In this document: piece after piece, positions 1 through 10,047 of the stretch
Layout: each line of letters opens with the position of its first letter
Numbering within the stretch: the stretch's first letter is position 1
From: a virus
Lineage: Duplodnaviria; Caudoviricetes
Virus record (IMG/VR): IMGVR_UViG_3300024181_000002
Span: 1-35,812 of that record
DNA length: 35,812 bases
Reading direction: 5' to 3' (one strand)
The notes under the pieces: model-generated
The model's input: only the letters and a program-made list of their open reading frames with translations
What the model was told of the DNA's origin: nothing
Databases searched by the model: none
Translations under genes and position numbers: made by a program

Positions 1-127
1 TACAGGAGAAATCTCATGCAACTGCATCAAGCTCGTCCCCCATTCGTAGAATTTCATCAAATCGCTGTTGAGGATCGTCAGGCAACGATTGAAAGCGGTC
101 GTCGCACTACTCGCGATGTGAATATGG
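1..127. repeat. Terminal direct repeat, copy 1 (identical to 35686-35812); circular or permuted assembly overlap
   Basis: Exact 127-nt match tacaggagaaatctcatg...gtgaatatgg at both ends. Confidence 0.95.
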
Positions 128-636
128 CTTTTATCATGCAGCCAGGTGGCCGCGATCAAGTGGAAAAAGTTGCGGAAGATTGGCTTCTTCAAATCAAGCA
201 TAAGATGCTCAATGGCGCACCAGATGCATATCCGCCGGAATGGGTAGATGGTTTCCATAAGAAATATGAAATGTGGAAGCAAGGTATTGATGCTCCTGTA
301 GATGGAACCAGCTTGCGGCAGGTTAGTTTCCTGTCTCCATCGGCAGTAGAGAATTATCTCGCCATGCGTATCGTTACTGTTGAAGACCTGGCAAATATGG
401 ACGAGGTTGCAATGCAAAATGCCGGCATGGGCGCTCGCGTAGATCGCGATAAGGCTCGTGCATGGCTTGATTCAACTTCTGACCATGGAAAGACTGCTGA
501 ACAGATTGCAGCGCTAACAGCAACTGTTGAGACGCAAGCCCAAACGATTGCTGAATTACGAGATGTAATTGGCGATCTGAAATTACAATTGGATTCTTCC
601 ATTGCTCCTAAACGTGGTCGTCCTGCTGCGAATTAA
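16..636 (+). CDS. Conserved phage head-region hypothetical protein
   Basis: AGGAG RBS; lies between cement and adaptor genes on the circle; C-terminal coiled coil and KRGRP tail. Confidence 0.7.
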   Translation: MQLHQARPPFVEFHQIAVEDRQATIESGRRTTRDVNMAFIMQPGGRDQVEKVAEDWLLQIKHKMLNGAPDAYPPEWVDGFHKKYEMWKQGIDAPVDGTSLRQVSFLSPSAVENYLAMRIVTVEDLANMDEVAMQNAGMGARVDRDKARAWLDSTSDHGKTAEQIAALTATVETQAQTIAELRDVIGDLKLQLDSSIAPKRGRPAAN

Positions 637-638
637 TT

Positions 639-1340
639 ATGACTTGCCTCTCTATCATTCAGACTGCTAGCGCCCGTCTTGGATTGATTAAGCCGACATT
701 TGCTTTCAATTCTCAAGATTTGCAGGTGATGCAACTATTGGAATTATTGAATGAAGAGGGGCAAGAACTGGCTAATCGAACGAATTGGACAGCACTTAAT
801 GCACAAACCAGTTTCGTTACACTAGCAACAGAGGATCAAGGAGCGATTGCAACGATTGCTCCTAATCTGTCATTCATCATCAATGACACGATCTGGAATC
901 GTTCTTTACGCCGTCCTGTTTTTGGTCCACGAACCCCGCAAGAATGGCAGCAGCAAGAAGCCTTTGCCATTAATGGCCCGTGGTCGAATTTCCGCATTCA
1001 ACAGGGGCGTCTGCGCATGTTCCCTGTTCCAGTAGCTGGCCAGAATTGTTTCTTTGAGTATGCGTCAAAGAATTGGGCAACGAATGGCACGACGACATCT
1101 AATGTCTGGACTGCTGATACAGATACTTCTCTACTCGATGAGCAAATCATGACTCTTGGTCTGATTTGGCGTTTCCGTTCTTCTAAAGGTCTTCCATATG
1201 CTGAAGATCAAGATAAATATGAGCGCCGAGTAATGAATGCCATTAATCGTGATGGCAGCAAAGATGCTATTAATCTTGACAATGCGAAATATGACATCTT
1301 CCCTGGTGTAGTTGTACCTTCTGGCAGTTGGGGAACGTAA
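639..1340 (+). CDS. Head-tail adaptor (tail tubular protein A-like)
   Basis: 233 aa; position before nozzle; N-terminal helical MTCLSII..ARLG and C-terminal LGLIWRF..KGL.Y pattern of podovirus adaptors. Confidence 0.7.
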   Translation: MTCLSIIQTASARLGLIKPTFAFNSQDLQVMQLLELLNEEGQELANRTNWTALNAQTSFVTLATEDQGAIATIAPNLSFIINDTIWNRSLRRPVFGPRTPQEWQQQEAFAINGPWSNFRIQQGRLRMFPVPVAGQNCFFEYASKNWATNGTTTSNVWTADTDTSLLDEQIMTLGLIWRFRSSKGLPYAEDQDKYERRVMNAINRDGSKDAINLDNAKYDIFPGVVVPSGSWGT

Positions 1341-3115
1341 TGGCACAACGAAATCTTGCAGCTCGTGCACAGCCTTCTTCAGTGACTTTTAGTCTTCCTG
1401 CACCGATTGGTGGATTAAATGCTCGTGATGGTATCGGCATGATGCCGCCTACTGATGCGGTAAAACTGGAGAACTGGTTTCCTACACCATCGACTGTTGA
1501 TCTACGAGGTGGATCATCTAATTGGGCAACTGGTCTAGTCAATAATGTAGAAACATTAGCCGCATATGGCGGCTTGACTGGCAATAAGTTGCTTGCGGCT
1601 GCTGATGGGAATATTTTTGATGTTAGTACGCAAGGCGCTGTAGGTGCGGCATTATGGACAGGACAAAGCAATTCGCGCTGGCAGCATGTCAATTTTGGTT
1701 CGACTGCCGCAAATGGGCAATTCCTTTACCTAGCGAATGGTACTGATCTGCCATTGCTCTATGATGGCACGCAAATCCAGGTCATTGCGAGCACAGCAAC
1801 CGCGCTGACCATTAGTTCGATCACGAGAGTTGGAACACTAGCGACACTGACTACTGCTGCACCGCATGGTCTTGTGACCGGAAATAGCGTGACAATCAGC
1901 GGTACTACTCCTGCTGGCTTCAGTGGAACTTATCGTATTACTGTCACATCTCCGACTACTTTCACTTATGTGATGGCAGCCGATCCTGGCGGTAATGCAA
2001 CGGTGGTTGGAACATATATTGTTCTATTTGGTACGACCGGCGTAGATCCACGCCTATTCATCCAAGGAACCAGTTTCAAGCAGCGCTTGTATATGGTCGA
2101 AAAAAATAGCTCGCGATGCTGGTATATGCCTGTCAACGCTATTGGTGGTGCAGCACAATCTCTCGAATTTGGCGGCATGTTCAAACTTGGTGGCGCATTA
2201 ATGGCTGTTGCTACATGGTCTGTCGATAATAGCGCCGGAAGCCAAGAATATTTCGTTGCTATTTCGACTCTCGGAGAAGTTGTGGTCTATCAGGGTTTTG
2301 ACCCAACAAATGCTGCTAATTGGGTCATTGCTCAGCATTTCCGCATTGGTCGCCCAATTGGACGCAGATGCTTTGCGAAAATCGGCAGTGATCTGGTATT
2401 CATTACCGCTGATGGAGCCTTCCCATTATCAAAGGCATTACTTACTGACCGTGCACAAGAAAGTGATGCGTTGTCAGCAAAAATTCAAAATCTCATCAAT
2501 GCTGATGTTCAGGCATTGGGGAACAATTTTGGATGGCAAATTTTGCTATATCCTATTGGCAATAAAGTAATCATTAATGTACCCCAGTTTGAAGATATTC
2601 AAAGCTATCAGTATGTGATGAATACTATTACTGGATCATGGACAAAATTTACAGGTTGGAATGCATTTTGCTGGGAACTTTACAATGATGCTATTTACTT
2701 TGGGACCACCGGATTAGTAGTTCAAGCTGATACAGGATTCTCAGATAACGGGAATGCAATTCCATGCGAAGCATTGCAGGCATTCAATTATTTCGGAGCA
2801 TCATCACAAAAGTTCTTCACGATGATGCGACCGATCTTGTTTGGGACTACTGGGCTGTCGCCTTCATGCTTGGTAAATGTTGATTTCGATACGACGACTG
2901 CGCCTCAGGTCACAACTGTTACGGCTGGCGGTTTTACGCTTTGGGGAAGCCCATGGGGAAGCCCTTGGACGACACCTAATAGCACCGTTCGCGTTTGGCA
3001 CAATGCATCGGGTATTGGCTATGCTGGTGCTCCGCATATTGCTATGAGCGTGAAAAATACAGTCTGTAAATGGCAAAGTACGGACGTTGTCTATCAACAG
3101 GGCGGAACGTTGTGA
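1340..3115 (+). CDS. Tail nozzle / packaged-DNA stabilisation protein (P22 gp10, tubular B-like) with inserted beta domain
   Basis: PAPIGGLNARD start; beta-rich ~590 aa; TAATG coupling to adaptor gives start 1340. Confidence 0.75.
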   Translation: MAQRNLAARAQPSSVTFSLPAPIGGLNARDGIGMMPPTDAVKLENWFPTPSTVDLRGGSSNWATGLVNNVETLAAYGGLTGNKLLAAADGNIFDVSTQGAVGAALWTGQSNSRWQHVNFGSTAANGQFLYLANGTDLPLLYDGTQIQVIASTATALTISSITRVGTLATLTTAAPHGLVTGNSVTISGTTPAGFSGTYRITVTSPTTFTYVMAADPGGNATVVGTYIVLFGTTGVDPRLFIQGTSFKQRLYMVEKNSSRCWYMPVNAIGGAAQSLEFGGMFKLGGALMAVATWSVDNSAGSQEYFVAISTLGEVVVYQGFDPTNAANWVIAQHFRIGRPIGRRCFAKIGSDLVFITADGAFPLSKALLTDRAQESDALSAKIQNLINADVQALGNNFGWQILLYPIGNKVIINVPQFEDIQSYQYVMNTITGSWTKFTGWNAFCWELYNDAIYFGTTGLVVQADTGFSDNGNAIPCEALQAFNYFGASSQKFFTMMRPILFGTTGLSPSCLVNVDFDTTTAPQVTTVTAGGFTLWGSPWGSPWTTPNSTVRVWHNASGIGYAGAPHIAMSVKNTVCKWQSTDVVYQQGGTL

Positions 3116-3525
3116 GCCAGGTATATTTCGGTGATTCGGCGCGTGTTAAAGAATGGATGTCTCAACGATTGCAGCATCCCTTGGCGAATGAGGCACATAC
3201 GACAATCGCCTTGGTAGAAGGAGAGCGTATTCGCGGTGCAGTGTGGCTTGAGGGATATAATGGCGTTAGCATTTCAATTCATGTCGCAGGCGAAGGACGA
3301 CATTGGGCAACTAAAAAATATTTGACTTCAGTATTTCACTATGTTTTTGATGTACTGAAATGCAAAAAATTGCTTGGAACAGTATTAGAATCAAATTTGG
3401 CAGCACGCCGGTTTGATGAAGGATTAGGATTTAAACTTGAGGCATTCATCAAAGATGTGGCACCCGACGGTGGCCTGATTATCTACTCGATGACTCGTGA
3501 ACAATGTAAATTTTTGGAGAGTTAG
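3112..3525 (+). CDS. GNAT-like acetyltransferase (P22 gp14 / DUF2824-like)
   Basis: GTGA overlap; N..ARRF.E.LGFKLE GNAT motif; position between nozzle and ejection genes. Confidence 0.75.
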   Translation: MSQVYFGDSARVKEWMSQRLQHPLANEAHTTIALVEGERIRGAVWLEGYNGVSISIHVAGEGRHWATKKYLTSVFHYVFDVLKCKKLLGTVLESNLAARRFDEGLGFKLEAFIKDVAPDGGLIIYSMTREQCKFLES

Positions 3526-3527
3526 TC

Positions 3528-4931
3528 ATGGGATTTCTGAGCAAACCAAAACCGTCGAGTGCACAAGATACGGCGAATGCGCAGACCGGTTCGAATATCA
3601 ATACTGCGATTGCGAATGCAAACCTGAATCGTGTTGATCAATATTCGCCATTTGGGTCCAGTACCTATCAAGTTGTTGGCACTAATGCTGATGGAACACC
3701 AAAATATCAGCAAACGACTTCTCTTAATCCGCAGGTGCAAGGCATTCTTGACCAACAACTCAAGAATCAGCAGCAACAGCAAAACATCAGTGGCAATTTA
3801 CTTGGTAATGTTGCAAACCAGTATTCCAAACCTATTGATACATCAGGTGTAGGCAAATTGGATTATGGTGTATCTCCTGGTATGTCTGCTGCGCTTAATA
3901 CAGCTTATACGCATTCTGCTGGCCCTGCATCTCAGGCCGCAACCGGTAAGTATGTTACCAATGTCGGAAACGGCGGTGGAGATGTGCAACGAACTTTGGG
4001 TGATTGGAGCAATATTCCGGGTGTGATCCAGGGCGCACAGGACGCCGCCTATCAGAATCAGATGGCCTATCTGAATCCGCAATTCAAGAATCAGAGTAAT
4101 GATTTGCAGGCTCAACTTGCGGCTCAAGGTATCACGCAAGGATCAGCTGCCTATGATCGTGCGCAATCAGAACTTGCTCGTAATCAAACATTCTCGCAAC
4201 AGCAGGCACAGAATGCTGCCTTTGGTCAGGGATTGAACGCGGGGAATACGGCCTTCGGTATGAACCTACAATCTGGTCAATTTGCCAATCAGGCCCAGCA
4301 ACAAGGGTTTGATCAGGCATTGGCAAATGCTGGATTAGCCAATCATGCTGCTGATGCTCAGACGCAAATTAATCTGGCAAATATGGCAGCGCAAAATCAA
4401 CAAGGCATGTTTAATGCAAATCTGAATAATTCTGCATTGACTCAAAACTACAACAATCTGCTGAATCAAGCTGGTGTTAATAACGCTGCACATGCTCAGG
4501 GCATGCAAGATGTATATGCGCAATACAATCAGCCGCTACAGACCTATAATGCTTTGCAATCTGGAGCGCAGCCGCAAATGCCATCATTTGGTAATGTACC
4601 TGGAGCAAATGTTGCTGGGACTGATATCGCAGGCATCAATAATCAGGCTTATCAAAATCAGGTTGGATATCATAATGGACTGATGGGTGATATCGGATCA
4701 CTTGTGCAAGCGGGGTCATATCTATTCTCTGACAAACGTCTGAAGGAGAATATTGATAAAGTAGGTAAAACACCAGGCGGCAACAATGTCTATGAATATA
4801 ATTACAAAGGTGATCCAGACAAGCAACGAATGCGTGGTGTGATGGCACAGGAATTGATGAAGAAACAGCCGGATGCAGTAGCAAAAACTCCATCTGGTTA
4901 CATGGCAGTTGATTATTCGAAGGTGGCCTAA
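3528..4931 (+). CDS. DNA ejection/pilot protein with C-terminal peptidase S74-like domain
   Basis: Q/N/A/G-rich; C-terminal SDKRLKENI...GVMAQE...VDY signature. Confidence 0.75.
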   Translation: MGFLSKPKPSSAQDTANAQTGSNINTAIANANLNRVDQYSPFGSSTYQVVGTNADGTPKYQQTTSLNPQVQGILDQQLKNQQQQQNISGNLLGNVANQYSKPIDTSGVGKLDYGVSPGMSAALNTAYTHSAGPASQAATGKYVTNVGNGGGDVQRTLGDWSNIPGVIQGAQDAAYQNQMAYLNPQFKNQSNDLQAQLAAQGITQGSAAYDRAQSELARNQTFSQQQAQNAAFGQGLNAGNTAFGMNLQSGQFANQAQQQGFDQALANAGLANHAADAQTQINLANMAAQNQQGMFNANLNNSALTQNYNNLLNQAGVNNAAHAQGMQDVYAQYNQPLQTYNALQSGAQPQMPSFGNVPGANVAGTDIAGINNQAYQNQVGYHNGLMGDIGSLVQAGSYLFSDKRLKENIDKVGKTPGGNNVYEYNYKGDPDKQRMRGVMAQELMKKQPDAVAKTPSGYMAVDYSKVA

Positions 4932-6611
4932 ATGGCAGCACAAGATAATAGCTTCCTCGGGCGTCTTGATCCGAACCTAAATGCTCAGCTTGCTAATGCT
5001 GAGCAACAGTTAGCGCTTGCCCAGGCGCTTCAGGCTAAAGCATATGGAGGAGTAACGCCAGTACAGGCTAATGCTCCAATTGGCCTTGGTTCGATCATTG
5101 GGAATGCATTACTCGCTTATAAGACCCCGCAGCGTATGCAAGAAGCAAACGCGCAGATTGGTGATATCCAATCCAAGATTGGCCAACAAAGGCTGAATCT
5201 AATGGCGCAGATGCTCGGCGGTGGCGGAGAGCAGCAAACAGGTTCTCCCATGCTAGCACAGGGCGGTGCAGCACCCGCACAGGGCGATGCAAATTCAATG
5301 GCAGCAACTGGTGGCGGTGGTCAGCAACGGCCTCCGCCTGGAATCGGGCAAATGGTTCCTGATGTACGCCAAGATCCTGTATGGCGCAATTATGCAATGG
5401 GCGAGCAACTTGGTTTGCTTCCTCAGGGAACCGCTGACAAATATGCTGCCGCTCGATATAAAGCGGCTGAGCCAACTGATCAGATGAAAAATGACATTTT
5501 CTCTGGTGTATCGCCCGCTGCACGCAACGCCATTACCACAAGTGCATCACTTTCGCCAAATCAGTCGAATATTCGTTATGACGCACAAGGTAATCCTCAA
5601 CTTGCAATGGTTGGGGCTGATCCATCGAATAATCTGCAATATGGCGTTCAAAATGGTGTTGTCGGAGCCGCTCCTGTAGGTGGGGTTGCAGGTGCTCGTG
5701 CACAACTTGCAGGCGCTGAGAATGCTGCTCGTTCGGGAACGAATATCACGCAGGTAACTGGCCCGAATGGCGAGCAGGTCCCTGTATGGGCTGGCCCTGC
5801 TGCTACTGCTGGAACTCAACAGCTTGGATTGAACCCTGGTGAAGTACCTCCTTATACTGGTGGTCAACTTCCGCAGGCTCGCCTACAACAAATCCAGCAG
5901 GCAGCGAATGCAGGTAATCAACAAGCCCAAATGTTGCTGCAATCATATAATTCGGCACGCCCGCAACTTGGCCAGACTCAGACTAATAAGTTGATGACTG
6001 ATCAAGGTAATCAGCTTTATACGCAGATCAATTCTGAGAACACGAATAACGCGCAGCATCGCCAGATTCTTAATGAGATGTGGCATTTGGCGCAGGCTGG
6101 TCAGTTCGGTCCTGGCTCTGGTGGTATTGCTCGCCTCAAGGCATTGGCATCAAACGCTGGCATCGATATGACTGGCGCACAGTCAGATCAGGATGTCATG
6201 AAGAAGCTTTCCGCCAATATGGTCATGTCGCAACTTGGAAAGGGCGGAACCGGTACTGATGCGCAGCAAGCTAACATTCAGGCTGCATTCCCTAACGGCG
6301 AAATGACCAATGCAGGTATGCAAAAAGTTATTCCGATGTTGGTCAGCCAGATTGATGCACGCGAAGCACGAGGAAAAGCAGCAAATAATTTCCTGCAAAA
6401 TGGGGGGCAGCTTTCTGATCTTCAGGGCTTCCTGAGCAAATTCAATAATGCTGCCGATCCTGGGACTGTTAGCCTTGGACGTCGTCTGGCGGAAGCTAGC
6501 CAAAATGGAAATGTTCAACAAGTAGTACAGCAGATTAAGCAACAGAATCCTAGCTCATGGCAAAAAATCCTTAATAACGTGCAGAAACTCGATCAAATGG
6601 GAGCATTCTGA
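4932..6611 (+). CDS. Internal virion / DNA ejection protein
   Basis: 559 aa, Q/G/A-rich and helical; in podovirus ejection-gene position. Confidence 0.7.
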   Translation: MAAQDNSFLGRLDPNLNAQLANAEQQLALAQALQAKAYGGVTPVQANAPIGLGSIIGNALLAYKTPQRMQEANAQIGDIQSKIGQQRLNLMAQMLGGGGEQQTGSPMLAQGGAAPAQGDANSMAATGGGGQQRPPPGIGQMVPDVRQDPVWRNYAMGEQLGLLPQGTADKYAAARYKAAEPTDQMKNDIFSGVSPAARNAITTSASLSPNQSNIRYDAQGNPQLAMVGADPSNNLQYGVQNGVVGAAPVGGVAGARAQLAGAENAARSGTNITQVTGPNGEQVPVWAGPAATAGTQQLGLNPGEVPPYTGGQLPQARLQQIQQAANAGNQQAQMLLQSYNSARPQLGQTQTNKLMTDQGNQLYTQINSENTNNAQHRQILNEMWHLAQAGQFGPGSGGIARLKALASNAGIDMTGAQSDQDVMKKLSANMVMSQLGKGGTGTDAQQANIQAAFPNGEMTNAGMQKVIPMLVSQIDAREARGKAANNFLQNGGQLSDLQGFLSKFNNAADPGTVSLGRRLAEASQNGNVQQVVQQIKQQNPSSWQKILNNVQKLDQMGAF

Positions 6612-8302
6612 TGCCTGCTATTGATTGGAATGCTGTTAGTGGTCAGCCAGCTCAAAATGGAGGTGGTGGCGCTATTGACTGGAATGCGGTAACGCAAACT
6701 GCGCGCACTCCAACGCCTCAATCTGCGCCTAAATCCGGCCAGCAGCAAATTTTGGAGCAGATGAATCCTCTTGAGCGCGGATTAGCAGGTATTGGCGGCG
6801 GAATGATGGGCCTTTATCTAGGAGCAAAACAACGTCTTGGCCTAGCTGATCAGAATGAGATTAACGATTATCGCGCCAATATGGACCCCCTGGCTGCTAC
6901 GAAGGCTGGTCTTGTCGGTCAAGTTATTGGTGCTGGTGCAGCAGCGGCGCCTGCAATGCTTATTCCAGGCGCAAATACTGCATTGGGTGCGGCATTAGTT
7001 GGGGGTGGTACTGGAGCGTTGCAGCCTACAAAGGCCGATGAAAGTGTATTGCAAAATGTTGGGTTGGGTGCTGCTGGCGGTGTTGCAGGTAAATATATCG
7101 GAGATATTGCGGCGAAAGGCGCATCTACGCTCAAGAATAAAATTGGCTCAGCATTGGCAGAACGTTTGCAGCCTCAGAATATTCCTCTCGATGAAGTATC
7201 TAGCGCAGCGGCCGGTTTGACTGACGCACAGCGTTCTGCTGCTGCCGCAGGTAAGCAATTAGGGATGAAGCTAACGCCAGGTCAGGCGACAGGTAGTAAG
7301 CCTCTGCAAATGATAGAGGCCGCTGCTGAAAGCTATCCAATTACAGCCGGACCATTCAGTAATATTAAACAAACCAATCAGACTGTTCTCAATCAACAGG
7401 CGGCCAAAGCTATTGGAGAAACTTCCAAAACTGTTGACTCGACCGTACTTGGCCGAGCTGCTGACCGTATTGGCGGCGTTTATGATGAAGTTAAGGCAAC
7501 TGGTAATCGGACAATCGATCCAGATCAGTTCTTGAGCAATCTAGGTGATATCGAGAAAAATTATGAAGGACTGATTGGCGAAGGTACAAAATCAGTTGCG
7601 GATCATCCGCTAGTTAAGCGCTTGATGAATTATGCTGCAAAAGGTGATGCTAGTGCTGAGCAATTAGCCGATTTGGGAAGTAAGCTTACGAAAGCTTCGA
7701 ATCAAGCGATGACCTCACCAATGGGTGATCGTCAACTAGGGATGGCGTTGGGCGATGTGAAAAGCCAGGTAGATGATCTGCTCCAAGCTGGCCTACCGTC
7801 AGAACTTGCGCAACGATTTGGCGATGCACGCAGTCAATATCGTAACTTGATGGTGCTTACTAGTCGTCAAAACATTGTTAATCCATCAAATGGTAATGTG
7901 AACGGTCGTGCATTAGCTTCAGCACTTCAGGCAAAAGATAGAACGGGATTCCTTTTTGGCCGCAATGAATCGCCACTTTATGATGCAGCACGATTCTCAC
8001 AAGCTTTCCCTGCAATTGTAGGAGATAGCGGCACAGCTACCCGCTCTTTTAATCCTGGGAACCCAGTCAATGTTGCGCTCTCTGTCCCTGCATGGTTAGC
8101 CTCACAGCTTTATACAACAGCGCCATCTGTCGCTTTGGCACGAGGTCTTTCCGCTGGCAGTACGGCTGCTGAAAATGCGGTCTTACAAGGCGCGCAAAAA
8201 GGTGCGGCATTGACTCAGTTTGCATCACCTGTTGTAGGCGCTCCACTAGGAGCCGCGCTTCTTGAAAGTGCCGTTCCACAGAAGAAACCGGCGAAACGAT
8301 GA
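6611..8302 (+). CDS. Internal virion / DNA ejection protein
   Basis: 563 aa; G/A-rich membrane-inserting segments; TGATG coupling. Confidence 0.7.
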   Translation: MPAIDWNAVSGQPAQNGGGGAIDWNAVTQTARTPTPQSAPKSGQQQILEQMNPLERGLAGIGGGMMGLYLGAKQRLGLADQNEINDYRANMDPLAATKAGLVGQVIGAGAAAAPAMLIPGANTALGAALVGGGTGALQPTKADESVLQNVGLGAAGGVAGKYIGDIAAKGASTLKNKIGSALAERLQPQNIPLDEVSSAAAGLTDAQRSAAAAGKQLGMKLTPGQATGSKPLQMIEAAAESYPITAGPFSNIKQTNQTVLNQQAAKAIGETSKTVDSTVLGRAADRIGGVYDEVKATGNRTIDPDQFLSNLGDIEKNYEGLIGEGTKSVADHPLVKRLMNYAAKGDASAEQLADLGSKLTKASNQAMTSPMGDRQLGMALGDVKSQVDDLLQAGLPSELAQRFGDARSQYRNLMVLTSRQNIVNPSNGNVNGRALASALQAKDRTGFLFGRNESPLYDAARFSQAFPAIVGDSGTATRSFNPGNPVNVALSVPAWLASQLYTTAPSVALARGLSAGSTAAENAVLQGAQKGAALTQFASPVVGAPLGAALLESAVPQKKPAKR

Positions 8303-8404
8303 ATCTGGGAATTTATTGATGAGTTTGACTGCGGATGAACAAATGCATGAGAGAATCATAGCAATCAAGCATTGAGCAATACCGATCAGGAATACAGAGG
8401 ACAT
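8246..8404 (-). CDS. Small antisense membrane protein (52 aa), superinfection-exclusion candidate
   Basis: GAGGA RBS before ATG 8404 on - strand; MSSVFLIGIAQCLIAMILSCICSSAVKLI hydrophobic segment with basic tail. Confidence 0.5.
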   Translation of the reverse strand: MSSVFLIGIAQCLIAMILSCICSSAVKLINKFPDSSFRRFLLWNGTFKKRGS

Positions 8405-8435
8405 ATTTCCTCGCTGTGAGTTAAGGAGAAATATC

Positions 8436-9569
8436 ATGCCATGGAATGGCTCTGGCACGTTTAACCGAAAGCATAATTGGACGCAAGAAGCTGCTACCGG
8501 TATACCTATTCTACCAACAAATATGGATGATGATACGAGCGATATCACATCGGCTGGTTTAGGAAACTGCATTACTCGAGATGGGCAAGGTACGCCTACA
8601 GCTAATATTTCGTGGAACAATTTCAAACTTACCAGTCTTGCTAATCCGACATTGCCTCAAGATGCAGTGACTTTGTTGTTTATGCAGAATGCTATTACTA
8701 CTGCAACATTCAATACTGCACTTCCTTTGCAGGCTGGGAATGCCGGGAAATTCGTAACTACAGATGGTACAAATGCGAGCTGGACTGATACATTTACCAT
8801 TCCGATTACATATACATCACGTATCAATGAAGCAAAAGGTGCAGATATTGCTAGTGCTGCAACAGTTAATTTGTCAACAGCTACAGGCAATCTTGTACAT
8901 ATCACTGGGACGACTAATATCACTGCTTTTACTATCCCTAGTGGGGCAATGAGAGAAGTTGTTTTTGATGGTATTTTGACGCTAACAAACAGTGCAACAC
9001 TTATTCTTCCAACTGGTGCAAATATCACGACTGCGGTAGGAGATACAGCAACTATTCGCGGCGATGGCGCAGCAGCGCGTATTACGAAATATCAACGTGC
9101 TGATGGCAAACCGCTTGCTTTGACGCCAATTGGCGACCATGAAGTAGTTGTTCACACGGGTAATGGATTCGGATCAACGAATACGAGAATTCGGCGATAC
9201 ACAACTGTTTTGAAGAATGTCGGAACTGCTATCACATATGCCGACAGCGCTACTTTGGGATCTTCGTTCACGATCAACGAAAATGGATTCTATGCTATCA
9301 CAAACATTGCGCAAGGTGGTGGAACAGCATCGCCAACCACTGTTGGCATTTCTATCAATTCGGCTCAACTTACAACTGATATTGATGCAGTTGGCTTCAC
9401 TGCTTCAAATCGTGTTGGATCAAGTTATGCAATAGTGATTGGATCGATCACACGAACATTGAAATTAAGTGCTGGTGATGTTATTCGTTCTCATTATGGA
9501 ACTACAGCCAATGCTGTAGATGCTTTTAGTACTACGATGATGTCAATTGCGAAGGTAAATACCCCATGA
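8436..9569 (+). CDS. Tail fibre / receptor-binding protein
   Basis: AAGGAG RBS; MPWNGSGTF head-binding-type N-terminus; T/A/G-rich; C1q-like C-terminal region. Confidence 0.75.
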   Translation: MPWNGSGTFNRKHNWTQEAATGIPILPTNMDDDTSDITSAGLGNCITRDGQGTPTANISWNNFKLTSLANPTLPQDAVTLLFMQNAITTATFNTALPLQAGNAGKFVTTDGTNASWTDTFTIPITYTSRINEAKGADIASAATVNLSTATGNLVHITGTTNITAFTIPSGAMREVVFDGILTLTNSATLILPTGANITTAVGDTATIRGDGAAARITKYQRADGKPLALTPIGDHEVVVHTGNGFGSTNTRIRRYTTVLKNVGTAITYADSATLGSSFTINENGFYAITNIAQGGGTASPTTVGISINSAQLTTDIDAVGFTASNRVGSSYAIVIGSITRTLKLSAGDVIRSHYGTTANAVDAFSTTMMSIAKVNTP

Positions 9570-9928
9570 GCAAACTTCTTATAATTGATAAAATATCTGG
9601 TCGTCAATTAATCGAAATTGAAGAAGGTGGATCGTATTTTGATCCGACATTTGTTCTGTGGGATGAATCAATTGATGGTGAAATACCATCTATAGATATC
9701 ACTGGTGCGGTTCGTATTGATGGTGATCTGCTATTTAATGAAGAAGTAGCAGCAGAAGATGTAAAATTGAAATCAAAAATGGCTATTGCACAGTCAAATG
9801 CTGCAATCATCGCAGAACTGGAAAAAAATGATGCTAAGAGTATTCGTGCACTTCTTGAGGGCGATCAGGCCCGTATCGAAGAATGGAAACAAAAACAAGC
9901 TGCATTGCGGCTACAACTCGTTAAATGA
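9566..9928 (+). CDS. Tail fibre assembly/chaperone-like protein
   Basis: ATGA overlap with fibre; C-terminal L...D.KSIRAL.E...LR motif. Confidence 0.55.
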   Translation: MSKLLIIDKISGRQLIEIEEGGSYFDPTFVLWDESIDGEIPSIDITGAVRIDGDLLFNEEVAAEDVKLKSKMAIAQSNAAIIAELEKNDAKSIRALLEGDQARIEEWKQKQAALRLQLVK

Positions 9929-9939
9929 AAGGAAGAAGA

Positions 9940-10047
9940 ATGAATAAGATCAATATGGCTACAGGTGGTGGTGGTCAACAACGGCCACCAGATGAAAAAA
10001 CCTCATCTGTCCCGGTAAAAACTCAAACTCCTAAAAAAACCAAATGA
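9940..10047 (+). CDS. 35-aa peptide MNKINMATGGGGQQRPPDEKTSSVPVKTQTPKKTK
   Basis: AAGGAAG RBS; fills gap between genes; ATGA-coupled to 10044; shares 11 aa with ejection protein 4932..6611. Confidence 0.75.
   Translation: MNKINMATGGGGQQRPPDEKTSSVPVKTQTPKKTK

Noticed and set aside
2942-2968. TGGGGAAGCCC tandem repeat (WGSPWGSPW)
   Set aside because: W-x-x-x-W repeats are usual at the C-terminus of these nozzle proteins; not a CRISPR or regulatory repeat.
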